Assembly (NCBI GenBank): GCA_949358305.1
Contig: OX442314.1
Location: 17,670,001-17,734,000 of the forward strand
Source: Strigamia acuminata
Taxonomy: Eukaryota
DNA length: 64,000 nucleotides
Direction of reading: 5' to 3'
The notes below the pieces were generated by a model that worked only from the letters and a program-made list of their open reading frames with translations, did no database searches and was not told the origin of the DNA. Within the stretch, counting starts at the first letter, position 1. Every line of letters starts with the position of its first letter. Shown here in pieces: positions 39,180 through 53,519 of this stretch. The translations under genes were made by a program, and so were the position numbers.

Positions 39180-40192
39180 TTGCGAGTGACTTAAAAGGCG
39201 AATGGCAAATGTTTATTTTTCAAATTTAATTTGATAATTTGATAATTTAATAATATTAAATTATATTTGCATTTATTCTTATAATATATTTTTACAAATT
39301 TGGGTTCACGTAGCAATTTTAATCGTACAATTTGAGAATTTAGACTTCATTTTAGCTTTAATAAAGTTCTCACGAAAAGTTGGCTTCACTGTGCATAGGT
39401 TGACATCATAAGTTGTATTCTAACAATGGATTATGTGAAGATTTTTGACATAAAAAAATGTAAATTGAGTTTTAAAATGTTTCTAGAAATGCGATATATT
39501 TTTATAGCAACTGGTTATGGGAAACAACGAATTTTATACATATTTTGAATGACGTATACTGTTATTTTATATATTTTTTTATGTTCGACATTTTTGTGTA
39601 ATGTGATTTCTATTGATTAAAAAAGAAATTTTCCAAAACAAAAATTGTTTTCCACAAAACATGGATGAAGTAACCTTGAAACTTATCAGCAAAAATCATG
39701 TAAATATATTTTTTCTTTGAAATTGTTGTCTGCGTGTGCCGCCACCTGGTATTACGTTTTGATGGCAATGACCACGTTACTGGAAAATGGCCGTCGTCTT
39801 ATGTTTACGGAGACTATTTTTGCGTTGGTTGTTGACAGTGAGAGTACGATGCAATTTATCGAGGAGCGCAACAAGTCCTGTTGATATTTAAAATCTTACT
39901 TTACATTGTCGAACTGGAAGGCGGTAAGTGTCTCGCAACACGTATAACTTAAAAAATTCTCACTTTTTAAACTTTTTATTTGATTTATTACCTGAAGTAG
40001 ATACTTATCTACATTTAAAATAACTTTGGTTTTGGTTACGTTTGGTTGAGATTGCAATGCAATAAAGTTTCTGAATATTGCACTTTGAGCTTCAACTTTA
40101 ATTCGAATTCAACAAGTGTGCAAATCAGATAGCTAATAAAACCAAACCAATCTCATTTCAGGTTTAGTTTAGCCATAGATACGTAAATATCT

Positions 40193-43100
40193 ATGGTTTG
40201 GCAACCGACCATGCACGAATTGTTCAGTCAAGTATTAAGCCAACGAGACTTGTCCAAAGCGGGCGATTTGTTTTCTGTTGACGATCGTCACATTGTGAAT
40301 GATTTATCAAATGTCGTTACAAAAATTCAAGCTATAACAGGCGCGTCAAATTATCTCCGGTGTAATAACGATCAAAGTGTGGTGGAAATATGTATCACGA
40401 GGGTCACATCAGCTATAAGGTATTTGGAAAGTTATTTAAAATGAAAATGAAAATCAAGTCCATGACATCAATTCCAGAGAAACAGGTTCTATTCAACAAC
40501 ACGCGCCTTCCCTGGTCAACCTTCTTCAATCATGTTTAAATCATGATCTCAAACCATCAGCTAAAGACGAGGATCCACCGCACGCGAAAATCGCCGCCGA
40601 CATCATCAGTTGTATATTTCTTGTAAGTTTCTTATTTGTTGGTCAGATTTTGATTTAATTAATTTGTTTTTATTTTAGAATTATACAAAGAAAGATGTAA
40701 TGAAATTAGCCGTTCCTGTAACTGTCAAATTTCTTCACAAGGGAAACAAAGATTTATCGCGTAATGTGTCTTCGTACCTCTCATTGGCTGCTATTGATAA
40801 TGCCGAACTACTTGCTCCCCACATTCAACCTATTATTGATAGTATTATTAGTGGTAATTATTCATTATCACGGGTTTTACCTCAGATTTACGCGGTTACT
40901 AAGGAACCTATTCACGACCATGTGATGGCTTTAGTGTCTCTTCTTCAGTTTTGTGAAAATCCTGAAAAATTGAGTTTGTTAAGTTTGTTCGTTTTAATAG
41001 CGAAGAATGTTCCTTTGGTAAATTAATTAATTTTATTAATTTAATTTAATTTAATTTTTTTTTAATTTTAAATTTACTTTTTTTTTTTAGTTATTGGAAC
41101 CAAGTTTGCCCCAGTTGTGTGAATGTTTGAGTATATCTGCAACCTCTATTTCAACACTTCAAATTTTTATCGATATGTCTGCTGTAAAGGGTCAACCGTT
41201 TATCGAACATATTCCAAAAATGAAATATATCGTCGAACAACAACCTAACACGTTGAATTTAGTTGCCAAAATTATTGGTGCTGTTGGAAAGCTAAATCAA
41301 GTACGTGTTTTAAACATTATTTTAAAACTCTCTTGAGTCGTATTTTATTTTTTTTATTTAGGAAAAAGCAAGCGATTCTTTGGATTATTTAGTAAAACAA
41401 CTGAATGAAGCTGAGCATGCTACATTACCCGTTTTACTAAAAGAAATTAAGTCTATCTGTGATTTTTATCCAGTTCTTAGCGATGACCAACTTCTAGAAA
41501 TTAGCAAACATTGGGAAAGCTGTTCTAGTGCTGGACGCCTTTACATTCAACAAATTCAACAAGAGTATGCAGCTATGAGGTACCAAATGAGGCACAAACA
41601 CCTAAAGAATGCACATTGAATTGATTTTGTTTTTTTAATCGATAGAATTCCACAAAGGATGAACCAATCTCTATCCGGTGTCACAATCGTTCGAGTGGGT
41701 GGCAGCAAGCAAGATCTCGTTATTCCAAATCCAATAGTCCCTCCACAATTCCGAAACATTGGCAGCCGACAAAATTTGGGCTCTTCAACCGCTAATATGA
41801 ATCGCAGTATGGCTCAAATTAATTCCACGAGTACAGTTAATCGTAGCATGAGTAAATTAGGCGGCAGCGTATCGAGTAAATTTATCTTATAACCAATTTT
41901 TATTTTATTTTATTTTATTTTAATTTTTTATTAAACTTTTTAGTGAATATGAGTGCCAGCCAATTAGGGTCGGCAGTTGGAATTCACAAAAGTATGTCGC
42001 GATTGGGTTCGAGCCAGGGCATAAATCGAAGCATAACTACAATTGGCAGCAGATACAATTTGCACAACGCGACTCGAATAACGTGCGGTGGTGTGACTGT
42101 AACCACCATAAGTCCGAATAAAAGCATAAGGTGAGAAATTGCGTTAGTTTGTAACGAGTCATATTCTTAGTGATTCTCTGTAGTGCCAGTATATCCGTCT
42201 TTCAAGAGGAACCAAACGATTCAATAACAAGTACCTCGAGTCACACAGAAAAGCCCGAGTCGTTCGGTTCAGTTCATTCGAACAATGCGTTACTACAGAG
42301 TAGATTATCAACATCAGTTACAACCTCCATCAATCAAACCAGTGTATCTACTCAAGCTCTAGTACCTTCTGCAATTGTTGCTACGTCACCTTCACCGCTA
42401 CCGTCATCAATGTTTCCCCCTTATTTGGGAAATTCTGTTTTAAGTAATAACAATAACAACATCATTGCAATTGGGAATCCAGTACCATCTAATTTCCAGG
42501 TATGAAATGATTGAATTTAAAATTATTGATTTAATTAATTTTATTTTACAGCGTATGTCAGTATTCGAACCATATCCAATGCGCGATGCCGTCCAACATT
42601 TTTGCGAGAAACATTTAGATAAAATAAAAGCTTACATGCAGAAAATATTTGTAAAGCTTCCATTGCCAGTCAAATGCACGATTGAAGGTGTCGTTTCTAA
42701 TTTAATCGCTTGCAAATCTACACATTTAATTTTGTTTTATTTAAATAGAGCGAAAGTCGAAAAAACATGCAAAGCTTCACTTCGCATGTCAAGGGCGTGG
42801 AATTCATTGTCTTTATAACCGCACCTTTTTCATGATGAAAACGAGAAATCCAAGAATATGGATCCATTTAATGTTCCTAGCGTTGCAGGCTCGGTCGAGT
42901 AATGCACTTAGCACCAGAGAGCAATCTGTGAGCAGTTTGAAAACATGCTGGGACATACTTAAGGCCGACAATAGAAATTTCTTGACATTGGTTACATCTG
43001 TTTTCCCATCGGCTAAAGTAACTATTTTATTTTAAAGAAAACTCTTCTATTAAAGCATTATCTTTCTAATAGGATCAAGAATGGCTTATTAGTGAATTAA

Positions 43101-43656
43101 GAGATGAAAGATTTTTTGATGTGTTCGAGTACAACGGGCCTTTAACCCAGTGGGGCTGTTTTCTTTGTAATCATCCAGATAGAGCAGTGGGTTTTCTTCA
43201 AGATAGAGAACCAGTGATTGAAGTAAGAAAAATTGTTTAATAAAAATTAATTATTTATCTCTGAAAAATTCCAAATTGACTTCAGGGACAACTGAAGGAA
43301 AAGAAAGGAAAATGGAAACTATTTAAACGTTGGCGGACAAGATATTTTACATTATCAGCAGCTCATTTGTCATACAGAAGTCCTGTAAGAAATCTATTCT
43401 TAAGGAAAAAACATTGTAATAAATGTATTATTCTTTCTAGAGCCATAAAGAGACTCATCCGATTGACATCAGTCAAATACGAAGTGTTAAAGCTATCAAC
43501 AGTCGAGGCCCACGCAGCATCCCGAAAGCTTTTGAAATCTTTACAACTGATAAAACATATGTATTGAAAGCTAAAGACAGCAAAAATGCGGAGCAATGGG
43601 TTCAATGCTTGTCAATAGCTGTCGCACATTCGCATGCAAAAGACACTCATCATTAG
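40193..43656 (+). CDS. melt: Melted / VEPH1 (C-terminal PH domain protein)
   Basis: [98 protein letters not shown] domain [42 protein letters not shown]. Start is ATG 40193 or 40211. Confidence 0.95.
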
Positions 43657-44124
43657 ATTACGCACCAACCATTTTATGGGAATGAAATAAGTATTCTTTA
43701 ACGGGGAAAAACGGACAGAATAGTATATTTTTCTAAGGTATTTTTTATTTTATTTTTTGAAATGTTAATCGTTTTTGAACTATTTAAAAGGTAGCTTGTT
43801 GATTACGGTCGATCGTCGTGAGAAAAGCGATATTATATGATATTGATAAACTGGAAATTTGTTTATTAAGTTTGTTAGTGTTGAGTTGTCACCGTCCGGC
43901 GTTTTCTCGTGATGGTCAGCCGGTATTGTTACATTTTTATATTTCTACAATTTGAATTAAAGCGAGGGAACAAACACAAAGTGATGTAAATATTTAAAAT
44001 TTTGTTACAATTGTATATTAAGTAAAAATAACTATTTTTAATCCGTTTTATTAATAAATTATGATCAAGTAAATATTACCATCATTCACATCTTTTAAAA
44101 TCATATGTGCGAACCCAACTTTTT

Positions 44125-45172
44125 TTAAACAGGTTCGTCTCTTTCAAGTAACTGTTGATAATGTCGTAAAGTCCAATCCGGAGGTGCAAGTTCTGGTGTG
44201 TTTAAATCTAATCTAGGAATTTCTAGATGAATATTGCAGTGCTCGCGGTAAATGATGTTGCTGTGAAAGTCAGTTATATTTGGCTCAGGATCCTGCAAGA
44301 AAAATTGATTCTTATATTTGTAGGTAAAACTAGCGGTTGATTAACATTACTCGTGGTCTGGGCTGAGGTTTACACGCTTTCATTTTTATTTCTTTTTCCT
44401 CTTGAAGCTTCATCGCTAATTCGCACGGTGAAACATCCACTGGAATTAAATTTTTAAATTGCTGCTCAGTAAAGGGAATATTCACTTGGACTGACGCCTG
44501 AAATAAACATGAAAATTAATTTTGTAATTATTAAAGTAAATAGAAACTTGCAGTCACCTTTTCAGAAACTTCTTTTCTAATTCTGTCGGATTTTATTTGC
44601 TTTGCAATTTCATTATCAACACCTTTCTGAACTATTTTTAAATGCTTAATTTCCTCTGCAAGTTTAAGGCATGAATTAAATTCGGGTTTATGGAATTTTT
44701 CTTCGTCAGTTTTGGTTATGGGAACTGGTATGTGTTTGGAACCATTCTCGGGTAGATCACTTTTAGGGCATAAACTATTGTAAAATGTCGGTAGTCGACT
44801 TCGCGAAAATGTTGCATTTTCTGTAGCTGTTCTATAGTTTTTCTCCACTTTTTCACCGCGTAGATGATCGTAGCCGACCCATTGTGTCCTATTCGTTGTT
44901 GACGAAGTCCAGGGATTAATACATTCAACACGAACATTTTCCTTTCTTTTTGATGCGCATGGTTTGTGCTTATTATTGCTTTTCTGCACAACAGTTCTCC
45001 GAGTGTACCGTTTTAGTGGTGTCACTTCTAATCCGGGATCCGGACAAACGTTTAGCGGTTTGCAACTTGGAGTCGGGGAGGTTATATTCAATTTTGGCAC
45101 TAAAATTCTCTCTCGTTCCTTAATATATGGCATAGGAAGGCACTTCTTCGGGTTTATATCGTCCTCATCCAT
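44125..45172 (-). CDS. PPP1R35: PPP1R35/Rcd4-like centriolar protein, 3 exons
   Basis: The C-terminal half KPEFNSCLKLAEEI..VSEKASVQVNIPFTEQQFKNLIPVDVS..DPEPNITDF resembles the PPP1R35 C-terminal domain (pattern PxxNTxL..LNVP....F..LVSL..GPD), recalled from memory. The N-terminus is divergent and an upstream exon is possible. Confidence 0.6.
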
Positions 45173-45377
45173 CAAAATTGAGCTATTTAAAACCCCACGA
45201 GAAAAACATGTAGTATCTTCCTGCAGATAGGGTTCTCAGTAATGGCGGACTACGCACATCTGCGCAACTGCAAACATTTGAAGCTTAGATACAGCCAGGA
45301 CGACGCCGTCCTTGAACAAGAAAATTAGTTTTATTTTTGTTTTTTATCCAAACGGGAAAATACGTTGAATAATTTAT

Positions 45378-45982
45378 TCATTTATAATGTCGATACATGG
45401 ATTTCCCAATTGATTGTAATTCCAATTCATAAGCACTGCAGTCTTCAAAAAACAATTTTTCTAATGCTTTTTTCCGGCTCTAGAAACAATACAGAAAAAA
45501 AATTTCTTATTTTAGTAAAATAAAATGTTCGTTGTTGTTTTAGAAGCAGAATAACCTCAAGAAGGGATTTTTGTAGCGTTCTATGTTCTTCCTCAGCAGT
45601 TTTCAGATTTGCTTTTTGGGTTTTGGTTATCCTTTTTTCTTCGCCGAATAAGACGGCATTTAAACTCATATCGGACAACGTTTGTCTACAGTGGAAAAAA
45701 GAAATAAAAATAAAAATAAATAAAATTAAAAAATTAATAATTTTGAATTTTACGCTTTGAGGTCAGACAGACACTCTTGAACGATATTGTGCTTCTGTTA
45801 AAAGAATTGTAGCGTTTTTATATTTGAAAAATATTTCTTAAATAAATAAAAACCTTCTGTTCTTTTTTAAGAAACTTTTCGAACAAGTTTTCAGGTTTTC
45901 TACACATATGCTCATATCTGTAACCAGTAAGTTCCAAAGAATTAAATTTCATCATTCCACGATCACTAATCGGTTGATCCAT
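45378..45982 (-). CDS. CFAP141: CFAP141/C1orf189-like small axonemal microtubule-inner protein, 4 exons
   Basis: Four exons splice in frame with GT-AG introns. The C-terminus LLESRKKALEKLFFEDCSAYELELQSIGKSMY aligns by eye with the human C1orf189 end as I recall it ([32 protein letters not shown]). Confidence 0.62.
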
Positions 45983-46123
45983 TTTATTATTATTTTGGAA
46001 CAGCAAAAACAAAACAAAATTAAATAGAATGTAACACAAAATTTCTGCTTGATCTTTGATGACGTGATGACGTCTATCAAATTCGCTGTGATTCCGCCAC
46101 TAGTTGTCGCTGTGCACAGGAAA
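45983..46123. promoter_or_regulatory. Very short bidirectional promoter between the CFAP141-like gene and SDHB
   Basis: 141 nt separate the divergent ATGs. The interval has tandem CRE-like TGACGT motifs (~46060-46075), and a YY1-like AAAATGGC overlaps the SDHB start. Confidence 0.55.
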
Positions 46124-47553
46124 ATGGCTGCTTACGTTCCGTTCGTAAAATTAGGATGGAGTTTTGGTTCAATGTCAATTAAGCATGGGACGATTATAAT
46201 TCCTGTAAGATTTTTACTTTTACGTGTCCTAGAATCTATTTACCTGCATCACTATTATTGCAGATTGTTTGGGAAAATGTTAAACTCTGTTTGCTACAAT
46301 CTTAATTTTTTTTTTCTTTTTTCTTCAAGATTCGTTCTGCAGCGGCGGCGGCTGCAGCAGCAGCTCCTGCTCCTACTTCCCCGAAGTCGTCGTCACCGCG
46401 AATAAAAAAATTTGCAATTTACAGATGGGTAAATATGCAATTGAACACCAATGTTGAATTTCTCTCTCATTGATTTTTTATTCATAGAATCCTGAGAAGA
46501 AAAATGAAAAACCCTACATGCAAACTTATGATGTGGATTTAAACGCGTAAAAAATCTTTTATTTATTTTTAATGTTATTCTTATTTTAAAATAAAAAGTA
46601 TTGTTTCATGACAGTATTTATTTTGTTTTAGTTGCGGTCCAATGATTTTGGATGCTCTGATTAAAATCAAAAATGAAATTGATCCAACTTTAACTTTTCG
46701 ACGATCTTGCCGTGAAGGTAAATTAATAAAAATTAATAAAATTAAATAAATTATAACGAATTATAATATGCTGGTTGACTTTTTATTACAGGTATTTGCG
46801 GCTCCTGCTCCATGAACATCGGAGGAGTAAACACGTTGGCTTGCATTAGGTTTTTAACTTTACAGCTAATATAAATTTAAATTCTAATATGACGATTTTT
46901 TTGCAGCAAGATCGATACGAGTTTGGGTCGTACAACAAAAATTTACCCACTTCCTCACATGTACGTTGTGAAGGATTTGGTTCCGGATATGAGTAATTTT
47001 TATGAGCAGTACAGGTCTATCGAACCCTTTTTAAAACGTAAAAGCAATGTGCCGTTGGGATCGCAACAGTATTTGCAGAGTGAAACGGACAGAAAAAAAC
47101 TGGTGCGCATTTTATTTATCAAATTCCTATTAAAACGAAGGAATTTATAATGTAATTTTGATTTTAGGATGGATTGTACGAATGCATTTTATGTGCTTGC
47201 TGCTCTACTTCTTGCCCCAGTTATTGGTGGAATTCTGATAAATATTTGGGTCCTGCGGTTTTATTGCAAGCGTATCGTTGGATTATCGATTCGAGAGATG
47301 ACTTTTCTCGGGAAAGACTGGAGAGATTAAAGGATCCTTTTTCGGTTTACCGATGTCATACCATCATGAACTGCACTAAAACATGCCCAAAGGTTCATTT
47401 AAAATGTGTAGCACAAGTTTGATGGTTTCTAATAAGATGTTTTATATTTTGTTTTATTAACAGAGCTTGAATCCTGGAAAAGCAATTGCGGAAATCAAGA
47501 AACTGCTATCCGGTCTTGCGAAGAAGGACGCACCTGAACTTGCAGCCAAATAA
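46124..47553 (+). CDS. SDHB: Succinate dehydrogenase iron-sulfur subunit, mitochondrial
   Basis: Presequence; [101 protein letters not shown]. Confidence 0.98.
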
Positions 47554-48778
47554 ACATATTGTTGTTGTTCTTTTTGAAATAATAGGTGTATCGTTTAAAT
47601 GTAATCTAGACGTTTGGGTTGTAAATAAGTAGAAAGAAATAAAATTTGTTTAGATCAACATTGCTTTCAATAAAATTGAAAATGAAACGAGAAAATAAAT
47701 TTGTTATTTCTTTCATAAAAATCAACAATTAAACAAATAATTGAGAAAAACAATAATGATAATGATGCTTGTATCTGATACCGGAAGTTAGTAAGTTGAT
47801 GTTAATGACGTCAGAAAGCGCCATTTACAACGCGTCATACCGCATTACGAAGAGACATGTAGGTAAGAATGACGGGATAAAATTTGTTTTTTTTATTAAT
47901 ATTAGGACATAACCAACAAACAAAATAATAATTTTGTAATTATTTAAAGAAATATTAATTTAATTACACACGTACTATTTGACGCTTTCTTGCAGTACTA
48001 CTTTTTGCGACATGAAGGCGAGCTTCACGGGAGTTTCATGAGGAGTTTTATTTTCTAAATACACTACAAAAGTACTTTGGCCATTTGAGATCGAGTTGGT
48101 GGTTCTGTGGCGCAAGGCAAGGCAAGATAACCTCAAAATAATAACATGCAAACCTGCGGGAAACAGTGGCGCCATCTGTGATTCAAAGTTGGCGCGAACT
48201 AGGGTTACAAATAATCACTTTTAACAGTCGATGTCGTGTCACCGTCTCACCAAAATTGGAAGCTGACAAATTTGAGCAATGATTGTGGGACAATCTGACA
48301 ATAATTCAAGCAAACGTTGCCTAAACTAACCTTTAATTGAGTTTATGATCCGTGATAGCAATTGAAGACACTTTTGTGGGTAGTTAATTACATCAAAAGA
48401 ACGATTTTGGATGCTATTATATTTTCCAGTGTTTAACGCAATATTCCGGCCGGTTATGTAACAAAAGATATACTTTTGGTTTCAATTTTTTATTTTTAAA
48501 ACTAACCTATATAATCATACTTCTTATGTTTTAAGTTGTTCAAACAAGCGAACTGAACGGAAATATGGCAACATCTAATGATTTTCAAGGTCTTCGTTGG
48601 AAAAGTCACGCTGAGTTGTCGGTATAGTGTTGAAAAAGCCAGTACTGCATATTTTAATAGAAAAATGTACATCATTTAAAAGGAATATTTATTTTTCAGA
48701 GGTACTTTTTGGACTGTAAACCAACGATGAATAGAACGACAGCTTACTGCCATCTCGCGGTGACTGGAAGTATTAAAA

Positions 48779-49295
48779 ATGGATCGTTGGAACTTCGTCT
48801 GCTGCCGGATGCCGGGACCATTTGCTGGCGGTGCAGCCGTAGACATGCAAGTCGTATGGATTGTGTTCCTCAATATTCTCATTATCAGTGAAGGATTTCG
48901 ACCATTTCGACCAAAACAATTCGTTTATCGAATAAGAACATCGAAACGACGATGTTTGGAACAAGCATTGCAGGAAAGAGAAGACCAAGCCAGATTCGTA
49001 TTTACCGGAACAGTAGTCAAATTATTTCACTCTACAAGACACGCAGGAAAAAGTCCAATTTACTCCGGTGCTGTGAAAGTTCGACGTGTGATGAAAGGGA
49101 ACAAAAAATTAGTAAAAAAGAACCCGGTTTTAATTTATGGATTCGGTAATCCTCAATTTTGTTTGAGTGATGTGAGGGAAAAGGACTCGAAAATATTTCT
49201 GGTCAATTCTCAAAAAAATGGATTATTGACACTTAATTCAAGCCTTGTGCGACTGACAGTATCAAATTTGAAGAGAACTATGGCAGCTGTAAACA
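48779..49295 (+). CDS. Agrin-type signal peptide + NtA domain exon, copy 1 (partial gene)
   Basis: Signal peptide MQVVWIVFLNILIISEG, then CLEQALQEREDQARFVFTGTV..YSGAVKVRRVMKG..IYGFGNPQFC..VREKDSKIFLV..LTLNSSLVRLTVSNL, matching agrin NtA ([49 protein letters not shown]). Acceptor at 48699 and phase-1 donor AAC A|GTAAGT at 49295/49296. Confidence 0.9.
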
Positions 49296-52200
49296 GTAAG
49301 TGCGGTTTTTTTTTCTTTTTCTTTTAAATTCAAACGAATATTGCCCTTCAGGTTGCATCACTTTTACAAATGGACTTTTCGCCCCGACAAAATTTCGATG
49401 AATTTTTTAGAGCGAGTGCAAAATTTTTGTTTCAATTTGAATGTGTCATTTTGATACATTACAAAAACGAGCCTAAAGGTTCCAGAATTGAGGCGTGGTA
49501 GTCAAACTGGTATTTAATATATCTTAACAGTCGGGAGCAAAGTGTAAACAATTTTTTTCTTTTAATAACACGAAAATATTCAGTTTGTTTTCACGGTTGA
49601 ATCAAGATGTTATTTTAATTAAAAAAAATTGTTTTTAATGAGAAGCGCCAAGTGGCTTCGAGGGAAGATTTAAAAAGCAATTTTTTTCAAAGTTTTCTTT
49701 GCTTTTTAAAAAAAAAAATGAAAATATTGACCCAAATAAAAGTGTGGGAGTAGCAATTGGAGATGTGTGATGACTTGCAGAGGGTGTGCGTAGTAAAGAT
49801 GAAGAAAAAAAGTTGTTTTAAAGGTTGAACGAGTGGATGAGAAAATGGGAGGAAGAAGAATTGAAATTATGGCATTGGAAGTCTGTTTAAGGGCGTTTAC
49901 TTGAAGGACATGGCGTTTAATCAGAGGTAGTAAAAGACAACCCGCATTAATTAGTATTTGAGAAACAATTGCGATGTATAAACGTGGAAAGTAATCTTTT
50001 TATGTTAATTAGGAATCTTTTAGAGCGTAAATGGGGAATAAAAGCGGAGAACGTTTTTGATACCTTTGTCAACATGTCATTAAGACATTTCTTTTGAGAA
50101 AGCGGTAAGGTGGGAGTTACCGGAGACATTAAAACATGCTTGCGTTGTGTTCTAAAAAGTCATTTCGCGTATTCTCTTGTCGGAAGAATATTTTATAGGC
50201 CAACGATCTTGGAGAAATAAAAATGCGGATGATGCTATATGAGACATTTATTGCGTGAAGCCGACTTTTGATAGTTACAATTACAAGAGTCACGTGTTTT
50301 TTTTGGTGGTTGATTTCTTTTTTATGCGTCATTTGTTAATTGAGCATTTTACCTGAGATAAGTGTGAAGTTATGATGTTTTTAGACGTAATTAATATTTC
50401 ATTGGATTTTTTTTTCTGTTTGATGCAAAAGTGAAGAAATAAATATCGTAAGGAAAGAAAGAGAATAAAACAAAAAAATTCAAATCCTGGTTATGGAAGA
50501 GTTCAGTTGAAAAAAAAAAACCCATTAGCTTTAGTTTGGTTTTCATAAATAAACAATAGGAAGGTTCGAGTTGCCCATTCAGCCTTTTGTTGTCAGTTTA
50601 GTTTTCCCTTAAGAGATGAATGTATGAATATTCACATTTTAAATCTGGAATGCATTTTTCCAGTAAAGTAGCAAAAAAAAATGTTTTAAAATAAAAAAAT
50701 AATAATTTTTTTTTTTTGTAATATTTATTTATTTATTTATTTATTTATATAGAGTTTGATAATTGCGCCATGGGTTGCTGAATGTCACAAGGAGTTGTTC
50801 GTTTGTGGAATTAATAGTTGTTGTGGCAACACGTTGAATCAAAACATTGGCAATTAATGGGAGATTTATGTTTTATGAATTGAATCGAGATGAAAAGCGT
50901 TTACTCAAAAATTGAGTGAAGTCTGTTGTCTGACTCGCTTCTGCCCGGTTAGGTAGATTTTATTGAACTTTAGATTATAAAAGCATAATACGTAATAGCA
51001 ACAGAATTAATGGGGCAAGAGAGACATCACCTAATAAATTTATAAGTGACTGTGCTTGTATGCAATTAAAAACAATTTGGGGCTAAACCAGAAACTATAT
51101 TTCATTTTGGCCTAATTTATTTGCGGATTTTTTTGGTTTTTCTGAAGAAAGTAAAGTGGAATTTCGATTACAAAATCTAATTTAAACTAAAATCAAAATT
51201 TAAATTAAAAAATTACATTTTCCACGAGTATTTTTTACTTCCTGGAAACATCTGACTTCTTTATTCGCCGGCTCTGCTTTGCTAGGAATGAAACTGTGTA
51301 GCTAAAATCTAGCTAAAAGTTTTATTTCCTGAAATAAAAAAATTATTTATTAAATTTTTTGAATTACTGCGTTCTATTGAGTTAGAAAGATTTTTTTCAT
51401 TCCTTTGTACGAATGGAAAAAAAATAAAAAATACAAAACACAAGTTACAATAGGCCATTCCCCGACATAAAAAGGTGTGGTTAGATCTAGTTGGGGTTAT
51501 TTTTTATTTTTTTTTTTATTTTTGATTAGCTTTTAGAGAAACATACCATAACCCCGACAACCATATCTCTCTTTCGCCTCCACCCTAGTCTTCAAACGCA
51601 CCTCGCTCAGCTTCACCTTAAAGGTAATAATTCTGAAATGTACCTGTTATGGTGGAACATGTTTGGGCTGATCCCGGTTTCTTCTTGATTGAATTCAAAT
51701 GAAGTATTGTGGTTTTATTTCAAGGTTGAATGGGAGAAATCCACCGGTGCGTAGAAACACCTTAGAAAATTAATACATTTACATCATTTGCACAATCGTA
51801 TATTTAGACAACGGTCTGATGAATGGCTGCCATAAATAAGGTACACGAACACATTTCGTAATAAATATTTAAAAGTTAAAGGAAGAGTTGCGTTGAGTCC
51901 GTAAATTTGTGCATAAATAGACGGAAAATGGATTATTGATGTCTTGTGGTAGTAAAATTGTTCACCGGACCGGATTTAATTAGAATAGTCGTTTGCATGA
52001 AAAATTAATTTGAAAAGATTAATATTTTAAATTTTTAATATAATTTTGATCGTCCAGGCTTTTAGATAGGGCGTGGATGCATATAAGTATGAGTAATGGG
52101 CTGGTCCGTTCTCCTTGAGTCATGCCCCCTTCGATTTGTTGGCGCCACGAGAGCTGAGTACAATTCCCCTTCGCTTAACCCAATGATATAAATTACTATG

Positions 52201-53519
52201 TCACCTTAACGTTGACCTCCACTCTTAATTGGTTGATGATGAATCTAAAGACACCGCACCAAAATACAGAATTGCGGGCGACTTTTTCCATGTTTCTCTC
52301 CCTCTTTTATCGTTTGAATTGAATATTAATTTTTTTAAATACTTTTTTCTCACGGTTTTTTTCTTTTTTCTTTTCAATTAAGTCATGTTGCAGCAAGTTG
52401 GTATGTGGCGTATTGTTCTAACTTGTACAAGAAGGTGAAAGTGTTTCTGATACGAAAACACACAGCGGCGGTTTTGGTTGGGTGAAAACAAACGGATGTA
52501 AAAAAGGAAGATATGATTGGTATTTTTCTTGCACATGTGGATTCAAAGTGGAGTTTAAGATTGTGGTGTTGATATTTTTCAAGTTTAATCGTTTACATTT
52601 AACGATTTGTATACTAAATAATTTATAAATTGTATTTTTATTACATTGGCGTGTTTTTAATGCGTGTTTTCAGGTGTTATAAGTAACAGATTGTGGAACT
52701 GACGAGTTGTGCCGACTCAATGCCAAGTCACTTAGAAAAAAAAACAAGTTAAAGAGTAAGGCAAAGGTGTGCTTAAGGGCAAATAACATGAGTTGTATTT
52801 TAGAGTGACCTTTGTAATCCCGTCCTGAGTGGAATAATTCTTCGGAAAAGTAGAAAGTACAGTAATAGCGGGATTCGGGTGTGGGCGAGGAGTGAATAAC
52901 GGGGTAATAAGCGTGCCGGAAGTGGGAAATTGAATTAAACGTTAAGCCGAGTTGCAAAGCGACGAATTTTTAAATTTGGGTGCTTCGTTCGGGCGTTTTT
53001 CCAGTGGGGCAAGAGTTGAATTGCAATTAAGCAATTTTCTAGCTTCATGCACTCTTCCCTGTTGTAATAGCTACGTGTCATGTTGTAATTCTCCATCGTG
53101 TGAGGCGCGGCGGCTTCCCCTCATTACCCCGTGTCCAGTTTGAGCCGACATAAAGGCGTCGCTTCCTCAACTCCTTTGCGTGCTATCGTTTTATTAGTCT
53201 GATTGGCAGCAGAAAAGATGACCCACCTTTTATCTCCACCCCCGATTGAGATGTTGACAGCTTAATGGAGGTTTGGTTCATTGGAATTTAATCATTGTAA
53301 TTGTGAAACTTGCCTATTTTATATAGGGAATTATTATTGTTTAAAAAAAATTCGTTGATTAGTTTGAAGTTGCATTCAGAAAAATAATAGGGACGTGGAA
53401 ACATTAATATTGAAATATTTAAATGATAATGGGTTTGTCATTCCAATGTATAGTGTGGTATGGCGAAATCAGACGTGCTCACATGAATTGTAAATTTGAG
53501 GTCTTCCAATGGGAGTTTA

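Noticed and set aside
43367..43605. ORFs overlapping the melted 3' end in other frames or on the other strand
   Set aside because: They are shadows of the spliced PH-domain exons; the true frame is recovered by splicing 43384->43441.
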